From Candidatus Latescibacterota bacterium (GTDB lineage Bacteria > Latescibacterota > UBA2968 > GCA-2709665), in contig OZ242180.1 of the NCBI GenBank assembly GCA_965205485.1, positions 192,001 to 256,000 of the forward strand: DNA of 64,000 bases. Reading direction: 5' to 3'. Position 1 is the stretch's first letter, and each line of letters starts with the position of its first letter. The notes beneath the pieces were generated by a model. It saw only the letters and a program-made list of their open reading frames with translations, was not told the DNA's origin and searched no databases. This document shows, in pieces, positions 38,599 through 47,157 of the stretch. The position numbers and the translations under genes are program-made.

Positions 38599-40929
38599 AT
38601 GGATTCGACGATTCGATGGGGTATCGGCGGCGCGGGAGGCGCGTACTTTCTCGCCGAGCCCGGTGAGCTTGTCATCGACCTGCAGAAACGCGACCGGAAC
38701 GTCCACAACCGCCGCACGGACCTGCGCGCGCTTCTGATTGCGCCGGACCGAAAGGTCATTCAGGAGGTGACGCTTCCCGATTCCGGTCCTGGCGATGGCG
38801 ACGGCCCTCTTCAACATACACGGTTGTCGACGCATGTCAACCACAAAGGCATCTACAAGCTCAACATCACGATTTCCAATGACCGGTACGGCGAGGAGAT
38901 TGTCTGGGCGTTTCGGACCAACTGCAGGCATTACCTCATCGAGACGTCCCGCGGACACAAGGACGCCCGGCACCAGGAACCCATCGTCCTGCTCGCGCCG
39001 GAGCATCCCGGCGACGTCTGCTTTCTTCCTCCACAGGGCGCGTTCGACCTTGAAGTCGAAGACCTGCCGGAATCCGTGAAAACGCTGACCGTGTTCGATG
39101 TTTCCGGAAACCCCGTGGATACCCTGGCAGTTCGGGGCGGTCGCGTTACACATACGTTTCCTGCACACGTGCATCGTACCAATCCCTGGCGACTTCACAT
39201 GCCCGTCCAGCAAGCCGTTATCCACATCGACGGCGTCACGCGCTGGTCCGACGACGACCCGCACGAGAACATGTCTTACTGGACCCCACACCTGGAATCT
39301 TTCTTCCCCCTCCACGCCTGCCGCTGGTTGCTCACACCCTGGAACCGAAACCTGTACGTCCGCCCGGGAGCGTCCGGCGCGATCGACTTTCAGATTAGAA
39401 ACAGTTCCAACAACCCTCAAACCGTGCGGTTGTCGCTCGAAAGCGATGGAGCAGCCACCCTCCCTGTCCGGCTCTCCACGGACACCGTCGATCTGGGCCC
39501 GATGGAACGCGCTCGCGTCTCCGCCCGTTACACCATGCCGGACGCGTCCGGGGAAGACGACATCCTTACGTGCCGGCTCAGGGCCACATCCGAAACGTAC
39601 CCGGAAATCTCCACCTATTCAACGCTGACGCTGAGGACGGGAACCTCGCCCGTCCGGCGACCCGTCAGCCTGCCCCTCGTATTGAAACCCTACGAACATG
39701 AGAACGCGCAGTTCGGTTTTGTGCCCGATTGCCCCGTAGAGAACCAGATCTATTTCGATCTCGAAAACCGGCCATTCGTAACGACAGAAAATGGGATCAG
39801 CGCCTTGCGCAACGGTCGCTGGATCGAATCCGACTTTGGAAGTTCCGTACGCGGCTTTGACAACGCCGCTGATGGAACCGCATCCACCAAGATTGCCTTC
39901 GACGCAGAGAATCTACTATATATTGTAGCCAATGTCAACGGTCAACCCAACCTGCTGTATTCCTCGGACCAGGGCCGCACATTCTCCGCGTGCGCGATTC
40001 CCGGCAGAGAGGATTGTCCTCGTACTTTCGATATCGAATGGTTTACCGGCCATAATTCCTGTAACGGACCGCCTCCCGTTCTCCGCTACGCCCGCACCGC
40101 GGAAGATGCGCGCCTGTTCTGGCGGAAAGTCAATGACCTGGAGCTTTTCCTGCCCGAGAAGACGTCCCACGGCCTTTCGCTGGGCGAACCGATTCTCGTC
40201 TCAGATCAGTGCATCGGCCTCTCCCAGCACTCCGGGATCCCGGCTTCGGTGGTGTCGGGGGAAGGCAAGGTACACGTCATCTGGGCCGAAGCGACCGACC
40301 CCGATGAAGACGTTCCCGGAGTCCCCACGTACGTCGCCACCGTCGACAGGGAGACGCGGCAGATGGGGGCGCCCGCACTGGTCGGCTACGGTCCGCCCGC
40401 GAACGACATCCACAATTCTCCCAGCATCACCATGGACAGCCGGGGTTATCTGCACGCGCTGTCCGGTACCCACGGATGCCCCTTCCCGTATGCCCGATCG
40501 CTGGCCTCGAACACGGCTGACGCCGGCTGGACGGAACCCCGCGATGCCTGGCCGGACGCCCGTCAGACGTACATCGGTTTCGTTTGCGACCCGGAAGACA
40601 CGTTGCATTCTGCCTTCAGGCTCTGGTGGAACGGCACCAGTTACTTCCCGGCCGGCAACTATGCGACGCTCGCCCATCAGCATCGCCCCGCGGGAGACGG
40701 CTGGCAGGAGCCTCGGGTCCTTGTCGTGCCTCCGTTTTCCGAATACAGCGTGTTCTACCACCGGCTCACCATCGACCGTATCGGGCGGCTGTTCCTCTCG
40801 TACGATTACTTCTCCACCTACTGGTTCTACCGGAACGACCACCCGGAAAGCCGCCGTTCGCTGATGATGTCACCAGACCGCGGAGAAACGTGGAAACTGG
40901 TGGAGACGGCGGATCTCACAGGCACCTGA
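38599..40929 (+). CDS. BNR-repeat (BNR_4) containing protein
   Basis: YSSDQGRTF, DIHNSPSITMDSRGYLH and MSPDRGETW Asp-box motifs. Confidence 0.75.
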   Translation: MDSTIRWGIGGAGGAYFLAEPGELVIDLQKRDRNVHNRRTDLRALLIAPDRKVIQEVTLPDSGPGDGDGPLQHTRLSTHVNHKGIYKLNITISNDRYGEEIVWAFRTNCRHYLIETSRGHKDARHQEPIVLLAPEHPGDVCFLPPQGAFDLEVEDLPESVKTLTVFDVSGNPVDTLAVRGGRVTHTFPAHVHRTNPWRLHMPVQQAVIHIDGVTRWSDDDPHENMSYWTPHLESFFPLHACRWLLTPWNRNLYVRPGASGAIDFQIRNSSNNPQTVRLSLESDGAATLPVRLSTDTVDLGPMERARVSARYTMPDASGEDDILTCRLRATSETYPEISTYSTLTLRTGTSPVRRPVSLPLVLKPYEHENAQFGFVPDCPVENQIYFDLENRPFVTTENGISALRNGRWIESDFGSSVRGFDNAADGTASTKIAFDAENLLYIVANVNGQPNLLYSSDQGRTFSACAIPGREDCPRTFDIEWFTGHNSCNGPPPVLRYARTAEDARLFWRKVNDLELFLPEKTSHGLSLGEPILVSDQCIGLSQHSGIPASVVSGEGKVHVIWAEATDPDEDVPGVPTYVATVDRETRQMGAPALVGYGPPANDIHNSPSITMDSRGYLHALSGTHGCPFPYARSLASNTADAGWTEPRDAWPDARQTYIGFVCDPEDTLHSAFRLWWNGTSYFPAGNYATLAHQHRPAGDGWQEPRVLVVPPFSEYSVFYHRLTIDRIGRLFLSYDYFSTYWFYRNDHPESRRSLMMSPDRGETWKLVETADLTGT

Positions 40930-40965
40930 TCACCGTGATCGAGGCCAAAGAAGGGACTGCAGGCG

Positions 40966-42717
40966 ATGGGGAAGAGAACGTCCAGGAGGAATGGACCGGC
41001 CCGGGATGACGAGACCGCCGGTGTCGCCGAAATCTGCACGGCAGCGCGCGAGGGCGACGCGGACCAGGTGCGGGCCATCCTGAAGCGCAAACCCGAACTC
41101 GTGCGGCGAGACGGTGTACAGGGGTATCAGGCCATTCACTACGCGGCGCGGGAGGGTCGCCTGGAGGTGGTGAGGCTGCTCCTGGAGGCCGGCGCCAGTC
41201 CGACCCGGATAACCTACCGGGAACGCGTCTCCGCGATCGATATGGCCCGCCACCACGGGCATACCGACGTGGCGGAAGCGATGGAAGCCTGGCGGTTGCG
41301 GCAGTCCGGAGAGACTGAGACCGGAGTCGAACTATGCCAGGCCGCGGGCAGGGGTGATTGCGTACACGTGACGGAACTGCTCGAGTCGGACCCTTCCGGA
41401 ATACACTCGGTGAACCGCGCTGGCGACACGGCGCTTCACGCCGCGGTGGAAAACCATCATGTCGAGATCGTCCAGGAGCTTCTGGATCGGGGCGCCGATC
41501 CGAATCGAACGAACGCCCGCGGAAAGAAGCCGATCCACCTCGCCCTTGGCCCGCGGCCCAAACGCGGGTGGGACCCCCCGCCGAGTCCCTTATGGCCGGT
41601 TATCGGCGGCATTCTGCTGGGTCGGGGAGCGGAATACGATCTGTGGGCGGCCTGCGCGATCGGCGACGTCGAAGGCGCCCGCAGGTTCCTTGATACCGAT
41701 CCCGATGCCGTGAATGACTGGGCCCGCAACTATCCAGGCATGGACGCGTATCCGATTGCGATCGCCGCCGACAAGGGACACCTCGAGGTCGTGCGCCTCC
41801 TGCTGGAACGGGGCGCGGATCCGGACACACCATACGACAAGTACGAAGGGTACCCCGTAGCCGAGCGGGGCGCCCCGTTACACGCGGCAGCGCTCAACGA
41901 CGATCTGGATATGGCAACGCTGCTCCTTGAGAACGGTGCATCGGCGCATACCGTGATGGACGCGTCCGGCAACGCGTTGAACTGGGCGATCGCGAACGGG
42001 AACGACGCGATGGAAAAGCTGCTGTTGCGGCACGGCGCATTTCCCGGGTTCGACGACGGTGTCGCGCCTGGATTCTACGCCTCGAACAGCGACAACATCG
42101 CCGTCGATGCCGCGCTCGTCAACTCCGATCCATCGTGCGCGAAGGACGTTCTGAAGGGCGCCGTCCACGGCGGCCATCCGGATCTCGCGGCACTCTGTCT
42201 TTCGCAGGATCCGGATTTTTCCGAGAGCGAAATGCACGACGTATTATGCCTGGCCATGCGGATGTGGCGGTTACGCTGTCCGGCCAATCCCGGTAAGGCC
42301 CGCGCCGAACACTTCTACGCCTGCTTCGAATGCCTTCTGGATCACGGGTTCGATCCGAATGCGCGCGACAGGAAGGGCGGTCTCACCCCCCTTCACTGGA
42401 CCGCGGAAATCACCTGGCACGTCACCGAGCAGGACAGGATCGTGTTCGCGGAGAAGCTGATTGGCCGTGGTGCGGAGCTGAACGTGCTGGGCGGAGAGCG
42501 GCAATCCACGCCGCTCGCAATGGCGGTTCGCTTCGAGTGGCCCGAACTCGCCAGGTTCATGCTGGAAGCGGGCGCAGATCCGAATCTGGCGGGTGCGCCA
42601 TGGGCGACGCCTTTGGCCTGGAGCGAGAGCCCGCAGGGTCATAAGGAATATGCTCGACTCGACACGAAGATAACAGACATGGGCGCTTTGCTCAGGCGAT
42701 ACGGCGCGGAGAATTAG
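40966..42717 (+). CDS. Ankyrin repeat protein
   Basis: Many ankyrin repeats (AIHYAAREGRLEVVRLLLEAGA, TALHAAVENHHVEIVQELLDRGADPN, TPLHW, TPLAMA). Confidence 0.92.
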   Translation: MGKRTSRRNGPARDDETAGVAEICTAAREGDADQVRAILKRKPELVRRDGVQGYQAIHYAAREGRLEVVRLLLEAGASPTRITYRERVSAIDMARHHGHTDVAEAMEAWRLRQSGETETGVELCQAAGRGDCVHVTELLESDPSGIHSVNRAGDTALHAAVENHHVEIVQELLDRGADPNRTNARGKKPIHLALGPRPKRGWDPPPSPLWPVIGGILLGRGAEYDLWAACAIGDVEGARRFLDTDPDAVNDWARNYPGMDAYPIAIAADKGHLEVVRLLLERGADPDTPYDKYEGYPVAERGAPLHAAALNDDLDMATLLLENGASAHTVMDASGNALNWAIANGNDAMEKLLLRHGAFPGFDDGVAPGFYASNSDNIAVDAALVNSDPSCAKDVLKGAVHGGHPDLAALCLSQDPDFSESEMHDVLCLAMRMWRLRCPANPGKARAEHFYACFECLLDHGFDPNARDRKGGLTPLHWTAEITWHVTEQDRIVFAEKLIGRGAELNVLGGERQSTPLAMAVRFEWPELARFMLEAGADPNLAGAPWATPLAWSESPQGHKEYARLDTKITDMGALLRRYGAEN

Positions 42718-42800
42718 AGCGGATTACGCGCCGGGACAGTCAACGACCGCTCTGCCGTACATCGCCTGCCGGCAATCGACACAGGTGGAGTGGACACACC

Positions 42801-43610
42801 GTGCAGAATTCCACACGGCAGTCCAACAGGGACCGTCTCCGTCTCGAACAGTATGGAGATACGTCCAATCTCAACGCGCGATACGAACTCCACGCACGAT
42901 TCAGTACGAACACGCGCGGATGGCACCCGTGGGTATTCGATCGACTCACGGCGCCTTCCGGCGGGAAGATCCTGGAGGTCGGATGCGGCGCGGGCTACCT
43001 GTGGACCCACAACGCGGAAAGGATCCCGGCGCACTGGCAGGTGACGCTGTCCGATTTCTCGCCCGGAATGGTCGGGGCGGCGAAAGAGAGTCTGTCGAAT
43101 CTCGGCGCAGAGTTCGCCTTCGTCGTATGCGACGTCCAGGCGATCCCCTTCGGCGACAAGAAATTTGACGTGGTCATCGCGAATCACATGCTCTATCACG
43201 TACCGGACCGTCAACGTGCATTCTCGGAAATCCTCCGAATTCTGAAACCGGGTGGCCGTCTCTACGCGGCAGCAAATGGCAAGGGCGACAAGAGAAGCAT
43301 CACCGAACTCGGGCGCAGGGTGAATCCGAATGCATTCCAGGACAAGGGTGGAAATTCGGACTGGTTCAGCCTTGAAAACGGCCGCAACGAGCTTGAAGAA
43401 TGTTTTTCCAACGTGCGTTTACGAAGGTACGAAGACGCTTTACGGATCACTGAATCCGGGCCTCTCGTCGCTTATTTCAAGTCGTTCGGACGACTCAGCG
43501 ACCGGGAACTGCAGGAACTGGAAAAATTCGCGGACCGGGAGATCGCCCGCAGGGGCGCTATACACATCCGGAAACAACCGGGCCTTCTGATAGCCAAAAA
43601 GCAAGTTTGA
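42801..43610 (+). CDS. Class I SAM-dependent methyltransferase
   Basis: ILEVGCGAG, FDVVIANHMLYHV and LKPGG motifs. Confidence 0.9.
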   Translation: MQNSTRQSNRDRLRLEQYGDTSNLNARYELHARFSTNTRGWHPWVFDRLTAPSGGKILEVGCGAGYLWTHNAERIPAHWQVTLSDFSPGMVGAAKESLSNLGAEFAFVVCDVQAIPFGDKKFDVVIANHMLYHVPDRQRAFSEILRILKPGGRLYAAANGKGDKRSITELGRRVNPNAFQDKGGNSDWFSLENGRNELEECFSNVRLRRYEDALRITESGPLVAYFKSFGRLSDRELQELEKFADREIARRGAIHIRKQPGLLIAKKQV

Positions 43611-43633
43611 TCCTGCTCAACAGGGGGGTGTGC

Positions 43634-44443
43634 ATGATCTACCAACTCAAGATCACCATGCTCAACATCGAGCCGCCAATCTGGAGACGCGTCCTCGTTG
43701 ACGGGCAGAGGTCTCTGGACGACCTCCACGTTTACGTACAGATCGCGATGGGATGGACCAACACCCATGACCACGAGTTTCGCATAGGCGACTTCCGCTA
43801 CGGGATGTACGACCCGGAATTCGATGATTTGGGTGAGGGCGTGCGGGAAGAAGAAATGTTCACGCTGGAGCAGGTGGCGCCCTTCGTCGGCGTCGAGTTT
43901 CTCTACGAATACGATTTCGGAGACAGTTGGAAGCATCAGGTGAAAGTCGAAGCAATCGAAGAAGCTGAAGAGGAGGAGTTCAAGCCCGTGTGTCTCGCGG
44001 GCGAGCGATCCTGTCCGCCGGAAGACGTGGGCGGTGTCTCGGGATATGCAGAGTTCCTCGAGGCCCTGGCGGACAGCGATCACCCGGAACATTCCTCGAC
44101 GGTCGACTGGATCGGGAGTAAATTCGACCCCGAGTACTATCCCATCGATAATGTCAACAAATATCTGGCTGAGTTCGATATTGACGCATTCTACGATTCC
44201 ATAGTTGACACCTCCTATACCTATCGACAGGGTCAATATCTGGCCTTCATTCACTACTACACCAAGGTGAACGGCATTCCGCCCGCCCAGGCCGATATCC
44301 AGCGCTACTTCGGCGTTACGGCCCCGTCGGTCAACAGCATGCTCAAGCGATTGGAAGAGCAGGGCTTCATCGCGCGGGTTGCGCGTCGCCCGCGCTCGAT
44401 CAGGGTTCTCATCGACCAGGCGAACCTGCCGGAACTGGATTAG
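43634..44443 (+). CDS. Plasmid pRiA4b ORF-3 family protein fused to a LexA/MarR-like winged HTH
   Basis: IYQLKI..PPIWRR, LH..Q.AMGW, YEYDFGDSWKH and CPPEDVGG motifs. C-terminal TYRQGQYLAFI...PPAQADIQRYFGVTAPSVNSMLKRLEEQGFI. Confidence 0.85.
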   Translation: MIYQLKITMLNIEPPIWRRVLVDGQRSLDDLHVYVQIAMGWTNTHDHEFRIGDFRYGMYDPEFDDLGEGVREEEMFTLEQVAPFVGVEFLYEYDFGDSWKHQVKVEAIEEAEEEEFKPVCLAGERSCPPEDVGGVSGYAEFLEALADSDHPEHSSTVDWIGSKFDPEYYPIDNVNKYLAEFDIDAFYDSIVDTSYTYRQGQYLAFIHYYTKVNGIPPAQADIQRYFGVTAPSVNSMLKRLEEQGFIARVARRPRSIRVLIDQANLPELD

Positions 44444-44554
44444 CCTGGCGGTGAAGCTCTTGCACGAAACGGGTACCCATTTCTCCATGGCGCGCGCTTA
44501 CGGTCTGGTGTCTCTGAGAACCAGGAAGCTCCAATTCCAGGATACAGGAACGCA

Positions 44555-45367
44555 ATGAAGACGCTCAGCGATCAGGACGTCGAAGCCTTCAGGGAACAGG
44601 GTTACCACGTAGCCCGCGGCGTATTCGGGCGCGACGAGATCGGACGATTGCGCGAAGGTTACGACTATATCATCGAACTGGCTTCGCGGACGGACCTGCC
44701 GGATGAAATCCTGAAAGGCAGGCGGAACGACGTACATATACACCTGCAGACCCCCCGAGCGATGGCCGGCCCCGCCGCAGTACGATATCTGCGAAAGGTC
44801 CAGTGGCCCGCGCTGATTCATCCTGCGTTCGAAGAGGTCCGAAACAGCCCAAGATTCCCCGCGCTCCTGGCGCCCCTGATCGGAACGACGTTGAAGCAGT
44901 TTATCAACCAGATCAATTTCAAGATGCCGGGCGGGAAGATCGAGTTTCCGTGGCACCAGGACATCCGACCCACACCCGCGTTTCGCGATCAGGTGAATAA
45001 CTATGTGCAGACCATCGTCGTGGTGGACGAAGCGACCGTCGCCAGCGGGTGTCTGTACGTTGTTCCGGGGAGCCACAAACTCGGTAACTTGAGAGTGAAA
45101 CGGTACGCCAAAGGGAGCGTCGAAGCGCACGTGGACGTCTCCGCGGCTGTGCCGTGCGAGGCCGTGCCCGGCGACGTGCTGATGTTCACGTCCTACACGG
45201 TGCACGGCTCATCTCCGAATACGACGGGCCGGCCCAGGCGGTCCTACATCAACGGATTCGTCCGCGCATCCGCGTGCGACGTGGGCAGATGGGCGTTTCT
45301 CGAAGGGAAGCCCGTGCCGATCACAAGCGACTACGACCATCACGAGATACGGTTCAAGCCATCGTGA
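44555..45367 (+). CDS. Phytanoyl-CoA dioxygenase (PhyH) family 2OG-Fe(II) oxygenase
   Basis: PWHQD, GCLYVVPGSH, HGS.PN and RR motifs. Confidence 0.9.
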   Translation: MKTLSDQDVEAFREQGYHVARGVFGRDEIGRLREGYDYIIELASRTDLPDEILKGRRNDVHIHLQTPRAMAGPAAVRYLRKVQWPALIHPAFEEVRNSPRFPALLAPLIGTTLKQFINQINFKMPGGKIEFPWHQDIRPTPAFRDQVNNYVQTIVVVDEATVASGCLYVVPGSHKLGNLRVKRYAKGSVEAHVDVSAAVPCEAVPGDVLMFTSYTVHGSSPNTTGRPRRSYINGFVRASACDVGRWAFLEGKPVPITSDYDHHEIRFKPS

Positions 45368-45394
45368 ACACGACTGAAAGGTTGACACGGGAAG

Positions 45395-46147
45395 ATGCAA
45401 CGGCATGACTTCGACCGGTTGACACGGCGGCTGGAGGCCGTGGACCTGGCGGATATGGTGATGGAAACGGCCGGATTCGTGGACGATTACCCGATCTACT
45501 GTATCCGGTTGGGCGGCGACCCGCGCAGCAGGAAACGCGTTCTGCTCTCGGGCGGCGTCCATGGAGACGAACCGGCCGGGCCCGAGGCGGTTCTCGCGTT
45601 TCTGGAGCGAAATCCGGCCGACCTGCTCCGGCACTTTACGTTTCTCGTTCTGCCCTGCGTCAATCCCTGGGGATACGTCCACAACACGAGGGAGAACAGC
45701 GCGGGTGACGATATCAACCGCTCATTCTCGGAGTCCGGCGTTCCAGAGGGCGAGATTGCCAGGCGGATACTGGAAGGAAAGCGCTTCGACCTGTACGTGG
45801 ATTTCCACGAGGACTGGGAGGCCACAGGATTCTACATGTACGAGGGCCGGCGCGACGAAAACTGGGCAGGCCCGAATATCGTCCGCGAGGTCGAAGGGAC
45901 CGGCGCCATCGATCCGGACGGAGAGGACGATGAGAACGACATCCCCGTCTCCCGGGGCGTCTACAGAGTCGCCCCGTCCTGGGGCACGGGCGGCATCGTC
46001 CCTTACGTCTTTCATCATCACGCCGACCACGTGCTCATCTTCGAGACCCCGACGGAATGGCCGATGGCGCAGCGAACGGCCGCGCATCTGACCGGACTCG
46101 ATACCGTCCTGGAATGGACGCTCGAGGATTCCGGCCGAGATGTCTGA
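45395..46147 (+). CDS. M14 metallocarboxypeptidase / succinylglutamate desuccinylase family
   Basis: GVHGDEPAG, NPWG, DINR, DFHED and FETP motifs. Confidence 0.88.
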   Translation: MQRHDFDRLTRRLEAVDLADMVMETAGFVDDYPIYCIRLGGDPRSRKRVLLSGGVHGDEPAGPEAVLAFLERNPADLLRHFTFLVLPCVNPWGYVHNTRENSAGDDINRSFSESGVPEGEIARRILEGKRFDLYVDFHEDWEATGFYMYEGRRDENWAGPNIVREVEGTGAIDPDGEDDENDIPVSRGVYRVAPSWGTGGIVPYVFHHHADHVLIFETPTEWPMAQRTAAHLTGLDTVLEWTLEDSGRDV

Positions 46148-46174
46148 CACCCCGCGATTCCCTTCGGCGACGCC

Positions 46175-46897
46175 ATGCCCGCACCGATACCCACCTGGAT
46201 CTTCTTCGATTGCTTCAATACGCTCCTGGACGACTTCGACGAAACCGGAGACGAGTCCGGATTGAGCTCGATTCTGGATCTACCGGTCCGGGACGGATAC
46301 TTCGCCACGAAGCCCGACTTCGTGAATGCGTATTCGCGCTGGCGGCGAAAACGGTTGACCGGCGACGACTCGAGGGAGGTGTTGCTTCCGGACCGCCTGA
46401 CGGATGTTCTGGCGGCATCGGGAATGACCGGTCGAAAGCCCGTTCATCGGCTCGTACGGGAAATGATCGAAGAATTCGAAGAGTCCTATCCGAAGCAGGT
46501 CCGGCCGACCTCCGGCGTCGAGGCGATGCTGGCGGCGTGGCGGGGCAGAGTTCGAATGGGCGTCGTCTCGAATTTCTACCTGCCCGGATGGCCGGAACGG
46601 CTGCTGGCGAACCACGGACTGCTGCAGCATTTCGAGTTCGTCATCGACAGCGCCGCCATCGGATTCAGGAAACCCGGCGCCGAAATCTATCGCGAGGCGC
46701 TTCGTCAGGCCGGTCTCACGGACGACCGGGCCGGCGACGCCCTGTTCATCGGAGACAACCTTCGCAACGACGTCCTGGGACCGAGGTCGCTGGGCATGAG
46801 CGCGATATACTTCGATCGTTCGCTCGACCGTCCGATGGCGAAACGGGAAACGTGGAAGGACTCCATTGCCAACTGGGATGCGTTCAGGCCGAGATAA
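46175..46897 (+). CDS. HAD-superfamily hydrolase
   Basis: FFDCFNTL, VVSN, KP and IGDNLRND motifs. Confidence 0.88.
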   Translation: MPAPIPTWIFFDCFNTLLDDFDETGDESGLSSILDLPVRDGYFATKPDFVNAYSRWRRKRLTGDDSREVLLPDRLTDVLAASGMTGRKPVHRLVREMIEEFEESYPKQVRPTSGVEAMLAAWRGRVRMGVVSNFYLPGWPERLLANHGLLQHFEFVIDSAAIGFRKPGAEIYREALRQAGLTDDRAGDALFIGDNLRNDVLGPRSLGMSAIYFDRSLDRPMAKRETWKDSIANWDAFRPR

Positions 46898-46909
46898 GAC
46901 CGTTTGCCG

Positions 46910-46990
46910 GCCCTTCGACACCCTTCGACAAGCTTGCTTCGACAAGCTCAGCACGAGCAGGGCAAGTGCTCAGTGAACGGCTAAGGGCAG
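46910..46990. repeat. REP-like family B cluster
   Basis: cccttcgaca cccttcgacaagcttgcttcgacaagctcagc tandem units. Confidence 0.75.
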
Positions 46991-47053
46991 GGCTTCGTGG
47001 CCACAGGTTCGAAGTGCCGGTCCGGGATGCGCTCGAAATCTGAATCCGGCACC

Positions 47054-47082
47054 TTGCATTTGACGTAGCTGATCATTATATT
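47054..47082 (+). promoter_or_regulatory. Sigma70-type promoter of lhr
   Basis: TTGCAT-17bp-TATATT. Confidence 0.6.
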
Positions 47083-47157
47083 CGGGTACCGAAAGGCGTC
47101 GACGGCAGCCCGATCCGACTGACCCCGGCATCTACAGACACCGGATGAGACAACCGA

